NCBI GenBank assembly: GCA_963632935.1
Contig: CAVGWA010000002.1
Span: forward strand, 5,197-69,196
Direction of reading: 5' to 3'
Length of the DNA: 64,000 bases
From: Oscillospiraceae bacterium
GTDB taxonomy: Bacteria; Bacillota_I; Bacilli_A; RF39; UBA660
Positions within the stretch are counted from its first letter, which is position 1. Every line of letters begins with the position of its first letter. The position numbers were made by a program, and so were the translations under genes. The notes beneath the pieces are model-generated. The model saw nothing but the letters and a program-made list of their open reading frames with translations. It ran no database searches and had not been told where the DNA came from. Below are positions 55,601-64,000 of the stretch, in pieces.

Positions 55601-55978
55601 TTATATTTCTGGATTTTCTTCGCTAGTAAAATCATCTGTATCAGAGACATTTAAAACAAGTAAAGCCGCACATAATGTTAATATACCTGCTAATATTTGA
55701 ATATTCGCATCCTTCAAGTCCTTATTATATTTTTTTTTAATATTTTTATCATATATATTAATTGTTAAAAAACAAATAGCTAAAATTATACCAATAATTC
55801 TATTTAATTTAAGTAAATTATTAGATGTATTATCATTAAAAACTCTTTTGTTTTTTTTAGTTTTTTGTAAAGTGTCATAAGAAAGATAAAGAGAAATAAT
55901 TATAGTAAAAACAGTTATTAAAGTTAATCCAATTTGAATTTCAATTAATTTTGCTTCCTCTAAATCATAATTTGTCAT
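55601..55978 (-). CDS. Small membrane protein of unknown function
   Basis: 125 aa with 3 TM helices. Its start overlaps the stop of the upstream deacetylase gene (ATGA). Confidence 0.45.
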   Translation of the reverse strand: MTNYDLEEAKLIEIQIGLTLITVFTIIISLYLSYDTLQKTKKNKRVFNDNTSNNLLKLNRIIGIILAICFLTINIYDKNIKKKYNKDLKDANIQILAGILTLCAALLVLNVSDTDDFTSEENPEI

Positions 55979-57180
55979 TCATTTTCCTTTATTTTTTTAA
56001 TTTCTAAAAGTTCACTTACTGTAACAAATTTATAATTATCATCCTTTAATTTTTTAATTAAATCTTCCAAGGAATTCAATGCATATTCATGATTATCATG
56101 CATTAAAATAATTTTTCCTGGTTTAATATTTGGCAAAATATTATTTAAAATTTTATCTTTATTTTTAACTTGCCAGTCTCTGGAATCAATATCCCAAAGC
56201 ACAAAAGTTAAATCGGTAAGTTTTTTTAAAGCATTAGTATATCCACCATATGTTGGTCTAAATAATTTAGGTGTAAAACCTGTTAAATTTTTAATTATAT
56301 CTTGTGTTTTATTAATTTCTTCTTTAAATTCATCTTCACTTAATCTTGTAAGTAATTTGTGATCATATGAATGATTACCAATTTCACTTCCTTCTTCAAG
56401 CATTCTTCTTAAATTGTCTTTATAAAAGGTAGCTTTATTTCCAACTAAAAAGAATGTCCCACAAGCATCATATTTTTTTAAAATATTTAAAATTTCATTT
56501 GTATATTTACTTGGACCATCATCAAAAGTTAAAGCAATAACTTTATCATCACTAGAAACATTTTTCTTTTTAATGGATAAATAAATATCATCAAAATTAT
56601 TTTTATTAACATCTATGAGTAAATCCAAACTATCAAGTGGAATATCTAAGCATATAATATTACTATTATTATCAATTTCAGTAGGATTGAAATATAAAGT
56701 TAAAACTTTATTGTCAATAGTAAAATAATCATAACTAACTTCATTTAAATATTTAATATCAATTTCTTGATATTTTTCTAAAAGCTTATTTTTAACATCA
56801 TAATCAAATGCTTTTAAATCATTAACAATATTTTCCATAGCTAAAAATTTCCCGTTTTTTTTATTGTAAGTAAAAGTTTTAATTTTATTAATTTCTTTAT
56901 CAGTAATAATTTCAGTTTTTAAACTAACATTAATAATGTCATTATTTACTTCATTATAAGTATATGAAATATTAAATTCGGGTTTATTTTTTGACTTTAT
57001 ATTTTTAAATTTTTCATAATTTTGATTTACATAACTACTTATGGCATTATCTAATGGCATAATGTTAGTTATTGGATAATTAATACTAACTAATTCATCA
57101 TTGTTAATATAACTTTTGACACTTGCATTTCCACAGCCAATTAAAAAAAATATCATAACAAAGATTATTAATTTTTTCAC
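55975..57180 (-). CDS. Polysaccharide/peptidoglycan deacetylase lipoprotein (NodB domain, PdaC-like architecture)
   Basis: Lipobox LIGC|GN. The N-terminal region resembles a DUF3298/DUF4163-like module. The C-terminal NodB domain has ALTFDDGPS, HSYDH and LMHD. GTG start after aggtgg. Confidence 0.8.
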   Translation of the reverse strand: MKKLIIFVMIFFLIGCGNASVKSYINNDELVSINYPITNIMPLDNAISSYVNQNYEKFKNIKSKNKPEFNISYTYNEVNNDIINVSLKTEIITDKEINKIKTFTYNKKNGKFLAMENIVNDLKAFDYDVKNKLLEKYQEIDIKYLNEVSYDYFTIDNKVLTLYFNPTEIDNNSNIICLDIPLDSLDLLIDVNKNNFDDIYLSIKKKNVSSDDKVIALTFDDGPSKYTNEILNILKKYDACGTFFLVGNKATFYKDNLRRMLEEGSEIGNHSYDHKLLTRLSEDEFKEEINKTQDIIKNLTGFTPKLFRPTYGGYTNALKKLTDLTFVLWDIDSRDWQVKNKDKILNNILPNIKPGKIILMHDNHEYALNSLEDLIKKLKDDNYKFVTVSELLEIKKIKENE

Positions 57181-57304
57181 AAAACCACCTAAAAAATTAT
57201 ATGATTAATAGAGTAAATACATAACGCAATAAAGTTAATTACAAAAAATAATATTTTAAAATAACTACATATGTGCTAAAATATAGGTAAGGTAGGTGGG
57301 ATAA

Positions 57305-58627
57305 ATGAGAACAGCAGCCTATGTTGATGCAGAGGGTAATCCAATTAATCAATCATTACAGCAAAAAAAGCCATTATTAATATGTTTCTTTTTCTTTGGA
57401 ACTATATTGCCGATTATAATCATAATTACAATTATTGTTAATATCGTTTTAAATATGAAATGTATAGATATCTATAATGCAATTAAAACAAAAAGTTTAA
57501 ATTATATTAAAGATCAAGGAACAGTACCAAGCATAGAAGGTGAAAGTATAACAATAAGATTAGAAGAATTATATTCAAATGGATATTTAAATAGTAATGA
57601 AACAGGTAGTGTAAAATGTTCTGGTAGTGTAAAGGTAACAAAATATAAAAATGAATATGTTTATACTATAGATGCAAGAAATTGTTCTTCTTGTTCAACA
57701 AATCAAAAGTATTCATCATGGAGTAGTGAGTCATCAGTATATCCTTATGGAAAAGCAATAGTAGATGTTATACCATATTATAATTACTATGATAGACAAG
57801 TAGGTATGACAAAGTGGTCTAATTATTATGATGAAGATGAATTATCAGATGAACTTTCAAAATATGGTATAAAATTACCATTGGACACATCAGAACTTCC
57901 AGAAATTCCAAAAGGATCAAAAGAAGTAAAAATTGAAAATGATACAGCTTATTATTATCGTTATCGTGATCGCAGCTGGAAATGGTACGATATAGAAGGA
58001 GATTATTCGGAATTTTCATCAGAACAACCACAAGGATATGCGAATAAAGATGAAGGCAGTGAACGTTATACCGAATGGACAGAATATTCTTTAGATTATC
58101 CTGAAGAAAAATCATATCGTTCTATTGCCCAAACAACTGGTTACAAATTTTACTATACAAATAAAAAAGGTAAAAAAGTATATTATAATAGTGGAAAATA
58201 TACCCCAAGAGAATCTGTAAATACTGAAAAATATACAGAAACTGAAAATGATACAGCTACTTTATATCATTATCGTGATAAACAATGGCGTTGGTATAAT
58301 GGAACAAAAAGAAAATATAGTTCATTAAGCATCAAAGCTCAATCAGATAAAATAATAAAAGATAAAGACACAGAAACATTAGGTTCACCTTCTTCGTGGC
58401 AAGCTAGTAGTACTATAAATACAACTAATCAAGCATATAGAGTAGAAGAAAAAAAATTAATGACTAAATTTAGAACACAATATGAAATTTTATCATTAAA
58501 AGTATTAAAAGAACCATTAACTAAAGAAAAATTCGAAAAAAAAGTAAAAATGTCACTTAAATCATTTGCTTCAAATGAAAATTATAAATTAGAAGTTACA
58601 TACAAATTCAAATACAAAAAAAGTTAA
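57305..58627 (+). CDS. Membrane-anchored hypothetical protein with internal repeats
   Basis: 440 aa with one TM helix (residues about 24-48). Repeated motif ENDTA..Y.YRD..W.WY. RBS aggtggg. Confidence 0.5.
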   Translation: MRTAAYVDAEGNPINQSLQQKKPLLICFFFFGTILPIIIIITIIVNIVLNMKCIDIYNAIKTKSLNYIKDQGTVPSIEGESITIRLEELYSNGYLNSNETGSVKCSGSVKVTKYKNEYVYTIDARNCSSCSTNQKYSSWSSESSVYPYGKAIVDVIPYYNYYDRQVGMTKWSNYYDEDELSDELSKYGIKLPLDTSELPEIPKGSKEVKIENDTAYYYRYRDRSWKWYDIEGDYSEFSSEQPQGYANKDEGSERYTEWTEYSLDYPEEKSYRSIAQTTGYKFYYTNKKGKKVYYNSGKYTPRESVNTEKYTETENDTATLYHYRDKQWRWYNGTKRKYSSLSIKAQSDKIIKDKDTETLGSPSSWQASSTINTTNQAYRVEEKKLMTKFRTQYEILSLKVLKEPLTKEKFEKKVKMSLKSFASNENYKLEVTYKFKYKKS

Positions 58628-58630
58628 ATT

Positions 58631-58653
58631 CCATTTCTAAAAATGGTTTTTTT
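58631..58653 (+). terminator. Rho-independent terminator
   Basis: ccattt / aaatgg stem, 4-nt loop, T7. Confidence 0.7.
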
Positions 58654-58680
58654 AATACATAATTAAGAATATAATTAGAT

Positions 58681-59433
58681 ATGAAAAAAGTACATTTAAA
58701 ATCGGAAAAAGCATTAAATATAAAATTAACCAATTTAATAGCCATATTTATCATATTATTAACAATAATCACCTCCTTTGTATTTGCTTATATAAAAAAA
58801 CAAATAATGCCTTCAATATATAAATATGGAACCACTGAAGCAACAAAATTTTCAAATATAATCATAAATAGTGCAATAGATAAATATATATCTTCGCAAA
58901 TAGAAACAAAAAAACTATTTGATATAATATATGATACAAATAATGAAATAAAAATTATTAATTTAAATACAAATCTAATAAATAGTTATACAGTAAAAGT
59001 GGTAAAAAGTATCCAAAAAAATTTAAAATATATAGAACAAGGAAACATACAAAAAGTAGAATACCTTTCAGACTTAAAAGAAACATATGATGAAAAAAAT
59101 TTAAAAAAAGGCATAATATTTTATCTAAATGCAGGTTTCATTTTTAATAATCCCATATTCTCCAACTTTGGTGGTAAAATACCAATAAAACTAGCCCTAA
59201 CAGGCGATATCACAAACAATATAAAAACTGAAGTAGACAATTATGGAATAAATAATGCTATAATAAAAATATATATAGACATAAAGATAACACAACAAAT
59301 TATATTGCCTTTTTCCGCTAAAGATATAATTGTAGAAACAAAAGTTCCATTAATTACGAAAATAATAAATGGAACCGTTCCAAACTACTATGGTAATCTA
59401 AATTCATCATGGACATCCACACAAAATAAATAG
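58681..59433 (+). CDS. yunB: Sporulation protein YunB-like
   Basis: 250 aa with an N-terminal TM helix. ...ATKFSNIIINSAIDKYI...IINLNTNLIN... and the C-terminal ...INGTVPNYYG resemble the YunB family. No clear RBS. Confidence 0.45.
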   Translation: MKKVHLKSEKALNIKLTNLIAIFIILLTIITSFVFAYIKKQIMPSIYKYGTTEATKFSNIIINSAIDKYISSQIETKKLFDIIYDTNNEIKIINLNTNLINSYTVKVVKSIQKNLKYIEQGNIQKVEYLSDLKETYDEKNLKKGIIFYLNAGFIFNNPIFSNFGGKIPIKLALTGDITNNIKTEVDNYGINNAIIKIYIDIKITQQIILPFSAKDIIVETKVPLITKIINGTVPNYYGNLNSSWTSTQNK

Positions 59434-59455
59434 TATAATTAAAAAGGGTGGTTAC

Positions 59456-59734
59456 ATGGAAAAAATAAAATTAAATAACAATTACGAACTAATAAAAAAT
59501 TATAAAAATGGGTTTGACTATGAAATATTAAAAGAAAAATATACTGAATATTTTGATGACTATGACTATATATTAGGTGACTGGTCATATGGAAAATTAA
59601 GATTAAAAGGCTTTTGTAATAAACAAAACAAAATATATAAGTCAATAAATGACATTGAAACAGTAGAAGAATATATAAAAAAAAATACTGCATATGACTG
59701 TAAATACTTTATACTAAAAAAGGTAAATAATTAA
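59456..59734 (+). CDS. yutD: YutD-like protein (DUF1027)
   Basis: YELIKNYKNGFDYEILKEKYTEYFDDYDYILGDWSYGKLRLKGF is the typical YutD motif. RBS agggtgg. Confidence 0.6.
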   Translation: MEKIKLNNNYELIKNYKNGFDYEILKEKYTEYFDDYDYILGDWSYGKLRLKGFCNKQNKIYKSINDIETVEEYIKKNTAYDCKYFILKKVNN

Positions 59735-59736
59735 AC

Positions 59737-59764
59737 TTGATTTAAAACACAAAAATGTTATAAT
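59737..59764 (+). promoter_or_regulatory. Sigma-A promoter of the alcohol dehydrogenase gene
   Basis: TTGATT - 16 nt - TGtTATAAT (extended -10). Confidence 0.6.
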
Positions 59765-59793
59765 AAAATTATAAAAGAATAGGAGGAAATAAG

Positions 59794-60948
59794 ATGACAA
59801 ATCGAATGATTTTAAATGAAACATCATACTTTGGCTGGGGTGCTAGAGAAAACATAATACCAGAAATAAAAAAAAGAAAATTTAAAAAAATATTGTTTGT
59901 TACCGACAAAACATTAAAAGAATGTGGTGTAGCAGATATGGTAACAAAGCAATTAGATGGAAACGTAGATTACGAAATTTATGATGATATAAAACCTAAT
60001 CCAACAATAACAAATTGTCAAAACGGCATAGATTATTGCAAAAAAATAAAAGCAGATGCAATAGTTGCGGTAGGTGGCGGTTCAGTAATTGATACTGCAA
60101 AATGTATCGGAATAGTAACAACTAACCCAGAATTTTATGATATAAATTTACTTGAAGGACTTGCTAATACAAAAAATCCAAGCTTACCAATTATCGCATT
60201 GCCAACAACATCAGGAACGGCCGCAGAAGTAACAATAAATTATGTAATTACAGATGAAAAAAATATTGTAAAACGAGTATGCGTAGATCCACATGATATA
60301 CCAGTATTATCAATTATAGATATGGAGTTAATGGCTGGAATGCCAAAAATGACAGCCGCAGCAACTGGATTAGATGCTTTAACACATGCAATGGAAGGAT
60401 ATATAACTAAGGCACATTGGGAAATGACAGATATGTTTCATTTAAAATCAATGTGCATGACATATCATAATTTGGAAAAAGCTGTTAATAAAGATAAACA
60501 AGCAATTATAAATATGGGAATAAGTCAATACATTGCAGGAATGGGGTTCTCAAACGTTGGACTTGGAATAGTTCACTCAATGGCACATCAACTAGGTGCA
60601 ACATATGACGTCGCACACGGAATAGCTTGTGCACTATTTTTACCATATATTTTGAAATGGAATGGGGAAGTATGTCCAGAACGCTTTAAACCAATGGCTA
60701 TAGTCTTTGGCTTAGATACAAAAAATAAAACGGATCAAGAATGTGTTGAACTAGTCGTAAATGCAATAAAAGACTTAGAAAAACGCCTTGGTATACCAAC
60801 AAAATTAAGCGAAATAGAAAATAAAAAAATAACAAAAGAGAGCTTTGAAATAATGGCCGAAAAAGCAGTAAAAGATCCATGTACAGCAGGCAATCCAAGA
60901 GAAGTAACAAAAGAAGATATATTAAATTTATTTAATGAGGCATATTAA
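59794..60948 (+). CDS. Iron-containing (group III) alcohol dehydrogenase, lactaldehyde reductase-like
   Basis: GGGSVIDTAK, LPTTSGTAAEVT, and the His cluster HAMEGY...HSMAHQLG. 384 aa. Confidence 0.85.
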   Translation: MTNRMILNETSYFGWGARENIIPEIKKRKFKKILFVTDKTLKECGVADMVTKQLDGNVDYEIYDDIKPNPTITNCQNGIDYCKKIKADAIVAVGGGSVIDTAKCIGIVTTNPEFYDINLLEGLANTKNPSLPIIALPTTSGTAAEVTINYVITDEKNIVKRVCVDPHDIPVLSIIDMELMAGMPKMTAAATGLDALTHAMEGYITKAHWEMTDMFHLKSMCMTYHNLEKAVNKDKQAIINMGISQYIAGMGFSNVGLGIVHSMAHQLGATYDVAHGIACALFLPYILKWNGEVCPERFKPMAIVFGLDTKNKTDQECVELVVNAIKDLEKRLGIPTKLSEIENKKITKESFEIMAEKAVKDPCTAGNPREVTKEDILNLFNEAY

Positions 60949-60950
60949 AC

Positions 60951-60978
60951 AAACAAGAGTTCTGTGAACTCTTGTTTT
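60951..60978. terminator. Bidirectional terminator
   Basis: aaacaagagtt / aactcttgttt stem, 5-nt loop. Confidence 0.7.
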
Positions 60979-60979
60979 C

Positions 60980-61228
60980 TTACATCATTTGATAATTTGA
61001 ACTGTTATAAGTACTGTAGTTATTTTTACTAATCATATTTTCTAGTCTAGCAACTCTCTGTTCTAAACTATTGATTTGATTATTAATATTACTTAAATCA
61101 GTATTCATAAAATTACCACTTGCCCCTGGCATTGGTATCATTTGACCTGGCATCACCATACCTCCATAATTTGGAATCATTTGAGGATAAATTGGATATG
61201 CCATATTACAATCGCGATCTTTTTTCAA
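60980..61228 (-). CDS. Small hypothetical protein (Pro/Met/Gly-rich N-terminus, coiled-coil C-terminus)
   Basis: 82 aa from a TTG start with RBS aaggag 10 nt upstream. No family recognised. Confidence 0.4.
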   Translation of the reverse strand: MKKDRDCNMAYPIYPQMIPNYGGMVMPGQMIPMPGASGNFMNTDLSNINNQINSLEQRVARLENMISKNNYSTYNSSNYQMM

Positions 61229-61308
61229 GTTAATTAACTCCTTTCTTAATTTAATTATATGCTTTTGTTTATTTAAGGTGATTATGTTATAATGTTGAAG
61301 GTGATAAA

Positions 61309-61950
61309 ATGAGATTAAAAAACATAAAAGGTGCGAAAGAAAAAATAAATAAATCTAATTATATAATTCAAAATCCTGAAGAATATAAAGAAAAATTTAA
61401 AACATTATTTCAAAATAACAATCCAATTCATCTAGAAATAGGAATGGGAAAAGGTGATTTTATTATAGGCATGGCTTTAAAATACCCAAACATAAATTTT
61501 ATTGGTATAGAAAAATTTGATAGTGTTATTTTAAGAGCAACAGAAAAATTAGAAACATTAGATATACAAAATTTAAAATTAATTAGATTTGATGCAGCTG
61601 AAATAGAAAATATTTTCTATAAAGAAATAGATACAATCTATTTAAATTTTTCCGACCCATGGCCTAAAAATAGACATGAGGGCAGAAGACTAACAAGTGA
61701 AAAATTTTTAAAAAGATATGATCAAATTTTTAAAGAAAATCTTCATATAGTGCAAAAAACAGATAATAGAAAATTATTTGAATTTTCATTAAAATCATAT
61801 GTTGATTATAATTACAAAATAAAAAATGTATCTTTAAATCTTCATGAAGATGATTATGATAATGTTGAAACAGAATATGAAAAACGCTTTGTTTCATTAG
61901 GCTTTCCCATTTATATGATAGAAGTGTACAAAACTTTACATGTAAAATAA
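61309..61950 (+). CDS. trmB: tRNA (guanine-N7)-methyltransferase
   Basis: LEIGMGKGDF...GIE...NFSDPWPKNRHEGRRL. Confidence 0.9.
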   Translation: MRLKNIKGAKEKINKSNYIIQNPEEYKEKFKTLFQNNNPIHLEIGMGKGDFIIGMALKYPNINFIGIEKFDSVILRATEKLETLDIQNLKLIRFDAAEIENIFYKEIDTIYLNFSDPWPKNRHEGRRLTSEKFLKRYDQIFKENLHIVQKTDNRKLFEFSLKSYVDYNYKIKNVSLNLHEDDYDNVETEYEKRFVSLGFPIYMIEVYKTLHVK

Positions 61951-62009
61951 ATGTTTTATTGGGAAAAAATTGAAAAATCTGATATAATTTATAATAAGCA
62001 GGTGTGTAT

Positions 62010-62609
62010 ATGAAGAAAAAAATTCTTTTAGGGCTATTAGCACTACTTCTAACAGGGTGCAGTATTGTTAGAATAGACACAACAAATATTGATAACATAA
62101 TTAACGTTGTTCTATCAAAAGAAAATACTTTATATAACCGTGTGGGAAGAGGATATAAGTACTACGTTCCAAGAGGTGTAACTTATATTGATAGCAGTGG
62201 TTCTAATGATAAGCTATACTCAAATGGTATTTACTATTACTTATACTTAGATGAAATAAGTTACTATTATAAAAAATCTATTAACTATAAAGTAGATAAC
62301 AGTAAATATTATTCAAAAAAAATAAATAGTAAAGGCAATACTGGATATTTAGAAATAACAAAGAAAAATGATTTATACTTAATTGTATTTGTTTACAATT
62401 ATGCAAAAATAGAAGCATTAGTACCTAAAGATGATATTAATGATACTATTTTAAATAGCTCATACATTTTATCGACAATAAAATACAATAGTAAAATAGT
62501 AAAATTATCATTAGAAGACAATTTTTTAAAAAACAAAGAAGAAAAATATAACGTATTTAGTTCTAAAAAACAAAATGAAAGTAGTTTTTTACGCTATGAA
62601 GAAAAGTAG
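62010..62609 (+). CDS. Lipoprotein of unknown function
   Basis: Begins MKKKILLGLLALLLTGC|S (lipobox). The ATG at 62010 lies 5 nt after aggtg. Confidence 0.6.
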   Translation: MKKKILLGLLALLLTGCSIVRIDTTNIDNIINVVLSKENTLYNRVGRGYKYYVPRGVTYIDSSGSNDKLYSNGIYYYLYLDEISYYYKKSINYKVDNSKYYSKKINSKGNTGYLEITKKNDLYLIVFVYNYAKIEALVPKDDINDTILNSSYILSTIKYNSKIVKLSLEDNFLKNKEEKYNVFSSKKQNESSFLRYEEK

Positions 62610-62621
62610 AGGTGCAAAGAA

Positions 62622-63353
62622 ATGGGATTATTAGATAAATTTAAAAATTTATTTACTGAAGAGGTAGAAGAAAAACCAGAAAAAGAAGAAATACAAAAGG
62701 AAGTTATTAGTGTCGAAATACCTTCACCTAAAGTTACACGTTCTGAAGTTCATGAAACAAAACCAATAGAAGAAGAAATAGAAAAGCCAAAAGAAGCTGA
62801 ATATAAATTTCCGTTTTTCGATGACAATGATTTTGATTCAATCGATGTAACGCCAAAGAAAAAAGAAGAAAAAAAGCCATATAAAAAAGAAGTGTATAAC
62901 CCACCAAAAGAAGAAAAAAAATCATTTAGACCTTCCCCAATAATATCTCCAGTTTATGGAATTATAGATAAGGGATATCAAAAAGAAGAAAATTCTTCAA
63001 GAACTGAGATACGCTCCTCATACTATAGTGCAAAAGAAGCTAATGTAGATGCAATAAGAAATAAAGCATATGGCGGCCTAGAATCTGATATTGAAACAAC
63101 ATTATTCGGTGGTAATCGTGTTCTATTTGAAGAAAAAGAAGGTGATGCAAAACAAGCAGAAGAAGATTTTTCATCTAAAACATTAGAAGAAAAACCAAGA
63201 CATTCTAGCCCAAAGGAAAATGACTTAACAGACCTTTTAAAAGAAGAAATGGAAAAGCCAGCACAAAATGAAGAAAAAAAACAACCAAGAAAAATAAGTG
63301 ATGAAGAATTATTTAGTTTAATAGATTCAATGTATGAAAAGGAGAATAAATAA
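62622..63353 (+). CDS. Lys/Glu-rich hypothetical protein with an N-terminal amphipathic helix
   Basis: Begins MGLLDKFKNLFTEE, then low-complexity KE-rich sequence. RBS gaggtg. Confidence 0.45.
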   Translation: MGLLDKFKNLFTEEVEEKPEKEEIQKEVISVEIPSPKVTRSEVHETKPIEEEIEKPKEAEYKFPFFDDNDFDSIDVTPKKKEEKKPYKKEVYNPPKEEKKSFRPSPIISPVYGIIDKGYQKEENSSRTEIRSSYYSAKEANVDAIRNKAYGGLESDIETTLFGGNRVLFEEKEGDAKQAEEDFSSKTLEEKPRHSSPKENDLTDLLKEEMEKPAQNEEKKQPRKISDEELFSLIDSMYEKENK

Positions 63354-63643
63354 TGGTAATATCTTTAGCTGATGCATTTTCACTAGTATTTTACGTATTA
63401 TTAATTGTACTAGTAATTGCTTTAATTATTTTAGTTATCAATGCAATAAAAACGTTAGATAAAGTTGATAAATTTGTCGATGATGTTAGTGCAAAATCAA
63501 ATAAATTAAATGGACTTTTTTCCATCATCGATAATACTACAGATGCTGTTGTAGGATTCAGCGATACCATAGTTGGATTTTGTTCGACAGCAGTTGGTAA
63601 ATTTCTTAAAAGAAAGAGAGGAAAAGAAAATGAAGAAAAATAA
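63353..63643 (+). CDS. DUF948 membrane protein (YtxG-like)
   Basis: 96 aa with an N-terminal TM helix, then INAIKTLDKVDKFVDDVSAKSNKLNGLF. Followed by a YtxH-like gene, as in the B. subtilis ytxGH operon. Confidence 0.55.
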   Translation: MVISLADAFSLVFYVLLIVLVIALIILVINAIKTLDKVDKFVDDVSAKSNKLNGLFSIIDNTTDAVVGFSDTIVGFCSTAVGKFLKRKRGKENEEK

Positions 63644-64000
63644 TGGAATTGCAAAATTTGCAGTAGGAGCAGGAATAGGAGCTGCATTAGGCCTATTATT
63701 CGCGCCTAAAAATGGTAAAGAAACAAGAGAAGATTTAAAGAAAATGTTAGATGATTTAGTAGTAAAAGTTAAAAGCATATCATCAGATGATGTTAAAGAC
63801 ACTGTTAATGAAAAAATTGAAGAAATTAAAGAAGGATTAGCTAATTTAGATAAAGAAACAGTTTTACAAGAAGCTAAAAAGCAAGCAAAAAAATTACAAG
63901 ACTCAGCTGAAGAATTAGTTAATTACACAATTGAAAAAGGAACACCAATCGTTGAAAAATCAGCAAATGCTATTAAGAAAAAAGTAGTTGAAGTTTCAAA
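63630..64000 (+). CDS. YtxH-like protein (3' end lies outside the window; not in the ORF track)
   Basis: The ATG at 63630 follows RBS agagagga. MKKNNGIAKFAVGAGIGAALGLLFAPKNGKETREDLKK is the typical YtxH N-terminus. The frame stays open to the window end. Confidence 0.6.
   Translation, partial: MKKNNGIAKFAVGAGIGAALGLLFAPKNGKETREDLKKMLDDLVVKVKSISSDDVKDTVNEKIEEIKEGLANLDKETVLQEAKKQAKKLQDSAEELVNYTIEKGTPIVEKSANAIKKKVVEVS

Noticed and set aside
1-64000. CRISPR arrays, rRNA or tRNA genes, T-box leaders, and complete prophage or defence-system gene sets
   Set aside because: I saw no regularly spaced repeats, no rRNA/tRNA-like conserved blocks and no T-box specifier/antiterminator motifs. No multi-gene defence architecture is present. 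The only ATPase in the island (15076-15816) has no nuclease or effector partner.

Overview
This is a very AT-rich chromosomal segment (roughly 25-30% GC by eye) from an endospore-forming Firmicute. Spore genes present are spoIVA, spoVIF-like, cotY/Z-like and yunB-like. Most of the window is core housekeeping DNA in blocks whose gene order matches Bacillus subtilis: csp-hpf-secA; engB...der-spoVIF-spoIVA-hbs-cca-dnaD-nth / ponA-recU; ruvX-yrzB-mltG-yrrM-yrrN-yrrO-greA-rny; trmB...ytxG-ytxH. No rRNA, tRNA or CRISPR array was seen. Six things are not explained by the ORF track. (1) An agr-type quorum-sensing locus is split into two convergent halves: a LytTR regulator plus AgrC-like kinase on the + strand, and agrB plus an untracked 39-aa AgrD-like peptide gene at 6536-6655 on the - strand. 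(2) A decayed integrative island of about 4 kb lies just downstream of secA (11.0-15.1 kb). Its KilA-N, tyrosine-integrase and RhuM genes are all frameshifted, and it carries an imperfect direct repeat of about 45 bp, a second RhuM remnant and a promoter-terminator unit with no ORF. (3) A clear glmS ribozyme sits in front of glmS. (4) The 45.9-46.1 kb convergent intergenic region has a consensus promoter, two crossing long-range helices and an antisense 33-codon hydrophobic ORF, so it may be an sRNA or a type I toxin-antitoxin module; this is the most speculative call. (5) asnB, a membrane protein gene and murE appear to form an operon. (6) A Tam41/Mmp37-type homologue sits next to an orphan holin. 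I found no multi-gene system that I can confidently call novel. All functional calls rest on motif recognition by eye and on remembered family features, not on database searches.
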